The notes beneath the pieces are model-generated. The model ran no database searches. It was not told the DNA's origin and saw only the letters and a list, made by a program, of their open reading frames with translations. Shown here one piece after another: positions 54,490 to 64,000 of a stretch of DNA of 64,000 nt. This DNA comes from Eledone cirrhosa (lineage: Eukaryota): the NCBI GenBank assembly GCA_964016885.1, contig OZ024762.1, positions 4,340,001-4,404,000 of the forward strand, given 5' to 3'. The first letter of the stretch is position 1, and the number at the start of each line of letters is the position of its first letter. Position numbers and translations under genes: made by a program.

Positions 54490-54497
<8 letters not shown>
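53933..54497 (-). mobile_element. Family E fold-back (~250-bp arms, 8-nt loop, 55-bp tail) with a hammerhead in each arm
   Basis: Palindrome 53988-54497; + HHR 54294-54338 agtca-CTGAAGA-g-gtcaca gagtg tgtgac-GAAA-gaac-TA-tgact; mirror on - at 54143-54187. Confidence 0.92.
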
Positions 54498-54550
<53 letters not shown>

Positions 54551-54739
54551 CCAGGCTAACGCCAGTCTTTCAGGAAAGGATGATATTAAGAAACGGAAAT
54601 TATTGTGGTTAATGGAAAACTTGTAAATAGAAAGACTAGCAAGTAATACTATGGTATAAATAACTGATAATGATTAATATTTGATCGTGCTCTACTTCCT
54701 GAGTCGCTGACCAGTACTTTGATCCCATCTCATGATGAG

Positions 54740-55210
54740 CTATAATTTAGGAACAAGGTCAGAAATATCGGGGTGGTGGGATGAGGGGGTGAGGGAAAGT
54801 CGATTATATCTACCCTAGTACATGACTGGTACTGATTTGAATAATTTCTAATTCTGACACAGGATCAGCAATTGGTTGGCGGTGAAGGAAAGTCGATTGC
54901 ATCGGCTCCCAATACGTAACTGGTACTGATTTCACAGAATTATAATTTAGGAACAAGGCCAACAATTTCGTGGTGACGGTGAGAGTCGGTGGAGGAGAGG
55001 GTGGTGGATAAGAAGGTGGAGAGGGTGGTGGAGAGGGTGGTGGTGGAGAGGGAAAGTCGATTATATCCACCCCAGTTCTGTACCATAACATTACTTTATT
55101 GACTCCGGAAATCTGAAAGGTAAAGTTAACCTAGGCAGGTTTTCAACTCTGAACGTAAAGAACCCAAACAAATAGTAAGTGTTTTGTCGGACGCTCTATC
55201 GACTGCCAAC
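54740..55210 (-). mobile_element. Old SINE with repeated 3' modules
   Basis: taatttaggaacaagg.c and ggaaagtcgatt...ctggtactgattt repeated 2-3 times, then gaaaggtaaagttaaccta... Confidence 0.6.
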
Positions 55211-55817
55211 CTCTCTTCCTAACTGAGACTAAAATCGATGTAACTCTGGTATTACTGAAAGAAAAGAAAGTAAAGAACTAATTGATTATACACAAGTTAT
55301 GGCTGACTGATTAATAGGTCCTCAGTCCGACCTCACAGCAATTGTCTTTACCATAGGCTCAGTTGGACCAAAACATTGTGGGTGAAATGGGGCAGATGGA
55401 AACTGTGTGAAAGCCCGTCAGATGGACTTTACTTGTAATTCAAAAGGTCCCGCTCCGCCTTTGTCACATATTATGTCACGTAGATTCGGCTTTGGAACCA
55501 CGTTATGGGTACATGTCTCAAACATTTACACCTTAATTCACGGTTGATGACACAACTGAATGATCCTCGTCGAAAACGAAGGAAGATCTATCATCATAAT
55601 TCTTTCACAGTGGTGTGATTCAATATGGTCACAGTTCAATGGCGGAAGGTGCTCAAAGAATAAAACTTGTTAGGTTTACACCTATGTGCATTGATACACA
55701 AACACACACACACACACACACCTGTTGACAGCAACCGACAAGTGCTCCTGTTGATTCAGTCCACCATGGAACGACCTGCTCGTGAAAGCAAAAGAGAAAA
55801 TTCTACGAATACACACG

Positions 55818-55874
<57 letters not shown>

Positions 55875-56043
55875 TTGATTTTTTTAGTTTCAGAAGATCC
55901 CGTTAAGGGTGAAAGTAGCGATTCTTTGCTTAAACTTTAATCTGTTATTTTAATAAATATTTGCTCTACGGTTCTTATATATTTGATATATATTTATCCT
56001 TATCGAGCCCTCTTTGGATTTTAGTCTTCATATTTATTATTAT

Positions 56044-56087
<44 letters not shown>

Positions 56088-56092
<5 letters not shown>

Positions 56093-56318
56093 ATTTGTTG
56101 GTAATTCAACAAATATATATATTTATAACAGTTTCGAAGCACTCGACAAGTTTTCTGGAGTAAAACTTGAACCGTTAAGGTCTCATTCCTGGGTATGTCA
56201 ATATTTATAAAACAACCTTTGTATTTTATCTGATGAGCGCGTACCAAAGTTTTGGTACCCTTGAAATATATATAATAGAATAAATATGGTTTTATAAATA
56301 TAGCTTCCATTTATTAAT

Positions 56319-56322
<4 letters not shown>
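56088..56322 (+). mobile_element. Family A insert, hammerhead 56223-56281
   Basis: attttat-CTGATGA-gcgc gtaccaaa gt tttggtac cctt-GAAA-tatata-TA-atagaat; tail in opposite orientation at 56088-56165. Confidence 0.85.
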
Positions 56323-56355
<33 letters not shown>

Positions 56356-56653
56356 CTCATAGATTAAGGTTCACAACTCATATATACGAACAGACTAACA
56401 AATATGCATATGTGTGTGCGCGCGCGTGTGCTACACAGAAAACACATCCATTCACTCCCCCAGCTTACACATACACATACACACACTATAGTACACACAC
56501 AAACATACACACACTGTAGTACACACACACAAACATACACACACACCATTATATATATATACAAATGTATATATATATATATTGGTGTATGTATGTATGT
56601 ATATATAGGTGTATATATATATATGTGTATATAAGTATATATATATATAGGTG

Positions 56654-56686
<33 letters not shown>

Positions 56687-56695
56687 GTATATATG

Positions 56696-56759
<64 letters not shown>

Positions 56760-56763
56760 GGTG

Positions 56764-56794
<31 letters not shown>

Positions 56795-56831
56795 TGGTAT
56801 ATGTATGTATATATATATATATGTATATATG

Positions 56832-56867
<36 letters not shown>

Positions 56868-57137
56868 CGATATTAATAAATGGAAACTATATTTATAAAA
56901 CCATATTTATTTCATTATACATATTTCAGGGATACCAAATTAAATTATGGTATGCCTTCATCAGACAAAATACAATATATAACAGTTTTACAAATAAGCT
57001 TTGACGTACCCTTTTAAAATGCAACCATTGTTTTTGGAAGCCATCCGGATAGTCATATATCGTATATCTACTCCAAATACTTGTCGAGTGCTTTATATCA
57101 GTTATAAAAATATTTACTTGTTGTATCCCAACAATTT

Positions 57138-57141
<4 letters not shown>
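56868..57141 (-). mobile_element. Family A insert, hammerhead 56909-56971
   Basis: Minus strand: attttgt-CTGATGA-aggcatacca...tggtatccct-GAAA-tatgta-TA-atgaaat; tail on + at ~57060-57141. Confidence 0.85.
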
Positions 57142-57199
<58 letters not shown>

Positions 57200-57496
57200 T
57201 ACAGTCAGTAAAACCTCAACCCCATTGCTTCTATTCAGAGACTCGACTCTAGCTAAGGTTCGTCTTGAACTCACTCACTCACTCACTCACTCACTCACTC
57301 AAGCACTCACTCATTCCATCACTCACCAACCCCCCACTCAAGCACTCACTCACCATCCTCCACTCAAGCCGTCACTCACTCTCACTCAGTCAGTCAGTAG
57401 AGGCAAGCAGCAAGTTATAAGCTGGTTGTTTCTACGCTAGCAGTCGCTATATATAAACACATATACACACAGAGATAATATCGACAACTATATATA

Positions 57497-57544
<48 letters not shown>

Positions 57545-57802
57545 CACAATACTAATAATAACAATAATAAATAATATTATTATTATATTTATTGTCATTA
57601 GACTTGATGTAGTTATTGATGTTATTGTTGTTGTTTTCTTAAGAAGCATATAAGAGGATATTAAAGGCAGAATTATATACACTCGTTTGGAAACTACTAT
57701 TTTATATTTAAAAAAAAAAGTGGGAAAATATACATACATATCTACATACATATCTACATACATATCTACATACATATCTACATACATATCTACATACATA
57801 TC

Positions 57803-57835
<33 letters not shown>

Positions 57836-58249
57836 CAACACACTTGTTATTTTCAGCGATTTTGTGTTACACTATTTGGAATCTATACAGCTATACATAT
57901 AAATATATAATTATATATATATATATATGATATATATATATAATATATAATATATCATATATACAATATATATACATTGCTATATATTTAGAATGGCAAA
58001 GACCACGGAGAAAAGAAATGTAATTTTAGCCATGGATGGAAGCGAACATTCCAACTTTGCGTTAGACTGTGAGTAATTTTACAATTTTATTTAATTATTC
58101 ACTTTCCTTCCTTTTTTCTGTCTTTCTTTCTGTCTTTCTTTCTGTCTTTCTTTCTGTCTTTCTTTCTGTCTTTCTTTCCTTCTTTCTTTCCTTCTTTATC
58201 TCTTTCTTTCCTTCTTTATCTCTTTCTTTCATACACCCATATATACACA

Positions 58250-58386
<137 letters not shown>

Positions 58387-58495
58387 CAATTTCAATGCTA
58401 GACAAAACATAACACGGAAAGAGAGGTAGACAATGAAAGAGATAAAGAAGGAAAGAAAGAGATAAAGAAGGAAAGAAAGACACACACACACACAC

Positions 58496-58539
<44 letters not shown>

Positions 58540-58542
58540 TAA

Positions 58543-58592
<50 letters not shown>

Positions 58593-59002
58593 TGCGTATG
58601 TGTGTGTATGTATATATATATATACATATATATGTGTTAATGTGTGTGTGTGTATATATATAATATATATATATTGCACACACACATATATATATATAGG
58701 CATGTCTGTGTATATGTATGTGGGTGGGTGCAAGCATCTGTGTGTTGACGCATATATGTAAGTATATGTGTGTATGCGGGTGCAGGTTATTTCTGTCTCT
58801 AAACCTGAGTATTGTGTGTATGTGTGTATGTATGAGTGTATATATGCGTGTGTATGTATGTGTGTGATTGTATGTGTGTATGTATGAGTGTATATATGTG
58901 TGTGTATGTATGTGTGTATATATGTGTGTGTATGTATGTGTGTGTGTATGCATGTGTGTGTGTGTGTGCATGTGTGTGTGCGTGAATGTATGTGTATTGT
59001 GC

Positions 59003-59111
<109 letters not shown>

Positions 59112-59271
59112 CTCAAATTGAAGAATTTTCTTGAGGTTCTGTTTGCCTTTCAAAATAATATGTATTATATTTATATATTTGTGGATTCAGATGATATATA
59201 CGTCACACACACACCCTACCACTACACACCACACACTACACCGCCCCACACCACCCCAGGTGTTCTTTTTG

Positions 59272-59496
59272 CGGGTATGTCAACATTTATAAAACAAATT
59301 TTGTATTTTATCTGATGAAAGCGCACCATAATTTGCCTTGGTTGCCCTTGTAATATATATAATAAAATAATTATGGTTTCATAAATATAGTTTCCATTTA
59401 TTAATATAATGAATATTTACTCCACTTACTTGTTGAGTGCTTTATATCAGTTATAAAACTTTTAAGTTTGTTGAATTCCAACACATTAAATATAAC

Positions 59497-59500
<4 letters not shown>
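59272..59500 (+). mobile_element. Family A colinear copy (pLTR plus tail), hammerhead core mutated
   Basis: attttat-CTGATGA...GtAA-tatata-TA-ataaaat (59305-59368), continuing directly into the tail and then (TA)n. Confidence 0.8.
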
Positions 59501-59576
<76 letters not shown>

Positions 59577-59751
59577 GGAAAAAATGAAACGAAATTTCAT
59601 TTCCCACTCTTAGTACGGCTGTTACTTAAATATAAGTATGTGCACGTACATACATATATGTATACAGACGTACAGTAGTATGTATATATATATATATATA
59701 TATATATAAGTATGTATACGTACATACATATATGTATACAGACGTACAGTA

Positions 59752-59812
<61 letters not shown>

Positions 59813-59822
59813 CGTACAGTAG

Positions 59823-59874
<52 letters not shown>

Positions 59875-59934
59875 TGACACCTGGCACATGCGGTATAAAA
59901 ACAAAAACTTTATAGCTAAACCGATGCCTTTTTT

Positions 59935-60085
59935 TAAGGTTGCTTAGAATCGGTAGAACCTCGAACAAAATGTTTTGCGGTCATTGCTCCGAGTCTTTAA
60001 GCTCTGAGTTCAAATCCGGCTTGGGTCAACGCGTTGTCTTTCATCCTTCCAGGGTCGACCGAATAACGTACCAGTGATGTATTGG
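59935..60085 (+). mobile_element. Diverged SINE
   Basis: agaatcggtaga...ctgagttcaaatcc...tctttcatccttccagggtcga...taccag. Confidence 0.75.
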
Positions 60086-60389
60086 TGTTCATTTGCCTCA
60101 GAAACTATAACCGAATCTACTGCTACGATTCAGCACGCACAAATCCGAAGACCCATTCTTCGGTGACGGGAGCAATGGTAATAATAGCGCCATAGATAAC
60201 TGTGTGTGTATGTACTGTGATACTTTCATTTTTATATTTTGATTGATTTTAGTCAGACTGCGACCATGCTGGGGCACATTCTTGATGCGATTTATTTGAT
60301 TATATCAACATCAGTACGACATTTTTTCATGTCTAGTGTTCATTTTATCGACCTCTTTTTGTCGAATTGCTAATTTACGGGACGTATAC

Positions 60390-60435
<46 letters not shown>

Positions 60436-60954
60436 CACACACACACATATATATACACACACACACACATATATATATATACACACACACACAAATATAT
60501 ATATACACACACACACACATATATATACACACACACACACATATATATATATACACACACACATATATATATATACACACACACACACACATATATATAC
60601 ACACACACACATATATATATATACACACACACACATATATATATATATACACACACATATATATATATACACACACACACACATATATATACACACACAC
60701 ACATATATATATATACACACACACACATATATATATATACACACACACACACACATATATATATATACACACACAGACGACAAGTTTAAACGACATATAA
60801 TAATATATATCTGTTATATAGAATATATATCGATATGCATTCTAATACATTTGTTTAAACCTGTTTGCTCTGAACTAATATTCATGTATCATTTTCTATT
60901 GAGAAAGACAATCGATATATATATTTTTCTGTGTATCGATTATACCTAAATTTA

Positions 60955-60991
<37 letters not shown>

Positions 60992-60995
<4 letters not shown>

Positions 60996-61192
60996 AAAAT
61001 GTTAGACCCCGACGGCAGAGCTCAAGCCGTTTCGACGGCTATTTCTGGACATAACCGTCCAGAAATAGCCGTCGAAACGGCTTGAGCTCTGCCGTCGGGG
61101 TCTAACATTTTCCTATTACCCACTCTCCTACCCTAAGTATTGAGTACTCTGGTGCGTTATGGTCCATCTGGTTCCTTACCACACCTCCTTCG

Positions 61193-61195
<3 letters not shown>
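60992..61195 (+). mobile_element. Fold-back insert family B (perfect 59-bp arms, 6-nt loop, 80-bp tail)
   Basis: Palindrome 60992-61115 plus tail ttacccactctcctaccctaagtattgagtactctgg...ttcgtta; (TA)n on both sides. Confidence 0.9.
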
Positions 61196-61241
<46 letters not shown>

Positions 61242-61244
<3 letters not shown>

Positions 61245-61350
61245 GGTGTCAACCCAAAATATATACACACTTCTACAGCATTCTTATAAATATTGCCTGT
61301 ACAGGTAATCAAAGGGTGTATATATTTTTTCATTTCTTGGCGACACCGTG
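61242..61350. mobile_element. Tiny Tc1/mariner-type MITE, related to 4681-4761
   Basis: cagggtgtcaacccaaaatatatacacactt ... gtgtatatatttt...gacaccgtg. Confidence 0.6.
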
Positions 61351-61520
61351 TGTGTGTGTATATATATATATATACATATATATGGGGCGTAGCACTTCTG
61401 CCCTAGGCTCAAAGCCCAATCACCCTTCCCCCTCCCCTCTCTTCTGCGACACCAGAGCTCTTGCCATCCCCTCTCCTTCCCAATCTTTTACATCTTTCTT
61501 TCTCTCCTCTTTTTTTGTCG

Positions 61521-61568
<48 letters not shown>

Positions 61569-61569
61569 A

Positions 61570-61608
<39 letters not shown>

Positions 61609-61775
61609 ATGATATATATATATATATATATATATGTTTTATGATATATATATATATATTTCAGTTTTGTATGGCTTCTTAACACATTGTTTAGCTCTGG
61701 TTTTTAACTATTGAGCACTTTGCCAGTATCATTTCTGATTTTTGGGTTTCGCTTCGCTTAAATATATATATATAT

Positions 61776-61971
61776 AACGAAGGAAATGTGGTAAGGAACC
61801 AGATGGACCATAACGCACCAGAGTACTCAATACTTAGGGTAGTAGAGTGGGTAATAGGAACAAATATGACCCCGACGGCAGAGCTCAAGCCGTTTCGACG
61901 GCTATTTCTGGACTCAGTCCAGAAATAGCCGTCGAAACGGCTTGAGCTCTGCCGTGGGGGTCATAGTTTTT

Positions 61972-61975
<4 letters not shown>
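61776..61975 (-). mobile_element. Fold-back insert family B, opposite orientation
   Basis: Tail plus palindrome 61855-61975 with 3-nt loop (tca). Confidence 0.9.
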
Positions 61976-62022
<47 letters not shown>

Positions 62023-62635
62023 GTCAGGCTTCCAGCCAGTCCCCGTCAACCAAATTTTACTGACAAGGCACTGGTCAATCTGAGGTTATATTAGTGCCAG
62101 ATAGTGGGACTGAATGGAAACGAGGAAGTGAAGGGCTGACCCCCCCCGGGCCAGTGAGTAGGGGGTGGGTGGGAACATTTCAACTGAAAACACCTCGTTC
62201 AAATTTTGGTAAAAAAAAGAGAAATCACTCGTCTGAAAAAAGACAACAGTCAGGTGAGTGTGGTTTGGGGTGGGGGTGGAGGGTCGGGTGGATTTACCGT
62301 GGGGGTCTATATTGTGTGTGTGTGTGTCTATGTGTGTGTGTGTGTCTATGTGTGTGTGTCTATGTGCGTGCGTGTGTGTGTGTCGTGTGTGTCGTGTGTG
62401 TCGTGTGAGTGTGTGTTATGTGAGTGTGTGTTGTGTGAGTGTGAGTGTGAGTGTGAGTGTGTGTGTGTGTGTGTGAGTGTGTGGATGTGTTTGTGTGCAG
62501 GTGTCTTGTATGTGTGTATGTGTGTCTATGTGTGTGTGTGTCTGCAGGTATCTATGTGTGTATCTGTCTGTGTGTGTGTGTCTGCAGGTGTCTATGTGTG
62601 TATGTGTGTGTGTGTGAGTGTGCAGGTGTCTGTAT

Positions 62636-62675
<40 letters not shown>

Positions 62676-62911
62676 TTCTTCTCCGAAGATATTGACCTAA
62701 CCTCATCCGGTTGTATAGTCGAGCCTAAGTGTCACTCAGCAGCTCCCCTCCACTCACTAAACCACGTCTCGCCTCCAATCGAGTCGCACCTCCACTCACT
62801 ACCCACGTCGCCACTCAGAGGCAGACCCCCTAACACTCTGATAACCTCTACTCAACCTATCCCTGTCTCACCTTCATTTACTGTTCCTCAGTTTCACATC
62901 CGCAAAAGATT

Positions 62912-63185
62912 CCTAACCCTGTGGTAACCTCCACTCACACTGAGTTGGACCCTGACTCTGTGGTAACTCTGTGGTAACCTCCACTCACACTGAGTTAGAC
63001 CCTGACCCTGTGGTAACTCTATGGTAACCTCCACTCACACTGAGGTGGACCCTAACCCTGTGGTAAACTCCACTCACACTGAGATGGACCACTAACCCTG
63101 TGGTAACCTCCACTCAGACTGTGGTAGACTCCTAACTCAGAATTAACCTTCGCTCACACTGACACAGAGCCCTAACCCAGTGTTA
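62912..63185. repeat. ~39-bp degenerate tandem repeat, ~6 copies
   Basis: Unit cctaaccctgtggtaacctccactcacactgagttggac. Confidence 0.85.
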
Positions 63186-63270
63186 ACCCTCCCCCTGGAC
63201 GAGGGGGATTCAGCCCTGCTATTTACCAGGAACCAGGGGTCGCAAAAATAAATTAATTAAAACGAATATA

Positions 63271-63405
63271 AGCACATGGCTTAGTGGTTAAAGCGTTGGG
63301 CTTAGAAACGTGAAGTTGTGAGTTCGATTCCCGGACCGTGTGGTGCATTGTGTCCTTAAGCAAGACACTATTTCACATTGCTGCAGTTTACGGCCTTTCC
63401 CTTGG
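63271..63405 (+). mobile_element. tRNA-derived SINE head with CORE-like segment
   Basis: A box tggcttagtgg, B box gagttcgattccc, followed by gtgtccttaagcaagacact; the gcctttcccttgga motif recurs at ~63868, suggesting the same family continues to the window end. Confidence 0.75.
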
Positions 63406-64000
63406 AAATTATATATATATAGAGAGAGAGATAGAGATAGATAGAGCGAGAGAGAGAGAGCGAGCGAGAGAGGAAGAGATAGAGCGAGAGAGAGCGAGCG
63501 AGCGAGAGATAGATAGATAGATAGAGAGAGCGAGCGAGAGAGGAAGAGATAGAGCGAGAGAGAGAGAGCGAGCGAGAGATAGAGAGCGAGCGAGAGAGGA
63601 AGAGATAGAGCGAGAGAACGAGCGAGAGATAGAGCGAGAGAGAGAGCGAGAGATAGAGAGGGCGAGAGAGGGCGAGTGAGAGAGAGGAAGAGAGAGAGAG
63701 AGAGACAGAGATAGATAGAGAAAGAGAGAGTATACAGAAGGTATATATATATATTACATATATATAGAGAGTATATATATATATAGTGTATATATTATAT
63801 TAGGTAATGTATATACAATGTATATTTATATTGGGATGTCACTGCTAGAAGGTAGTATAAACATTTGCCTTTCCCTTGGACAACATCGGTGGCATGGAGA
63901 GGGGGGGGGGCAGGAGTGTCTAGTAGTCTTCCACAAAAACACCTCACCCGGACTGGTACCTCGGTGGAGAACTTTCTAGGTGTTTATTCCAAGGTCATTT

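Noticed and set aside
63271-63345. tRNA gene
   Set aside because: A and B boxes are present but the acceptor stem does not pair, and the sequence continues into a SINE body.

Overview
Repeat-saturated, AT-rich eukaryotic (animal) genomic DNA with no intact protein-coding gene that I can support. The SINE families and extreme (TA)n/(CA)n content resemble an octopod cephalopod genome (inference from memory, not verified). Almost all supplied ORFs are artefacts of microsatellites or tandem arrays, including the three ~2600-aa ORFs over an 8-kb 31-bp satellite. The window holds about 20 copies of tRNA-derived SINEs, non-autonomous Helitrons and one Helitron helicase 3' end. It also holds decayed non-LTR fragments (RTE with a 5' inversion, R4/Dong-like, CRE-like), small TIR elements and several minisatellites. 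The main signal is a dense set of short fold-back inserts inside (TA)n tracts. Each has one fixed-end inverted arm and a unique tail, and many carry minimal type I hammerhead ribozymes (CUGANGA...GAAA...UH). About 6 sequence families are involved, and one shows stem covariation across six motif copies. Together with decayed GIY-YIG endonuclease relics, this points to a diverse population of microsatellite-targeting Penelope-like elements or retrozyme-like derivatives.
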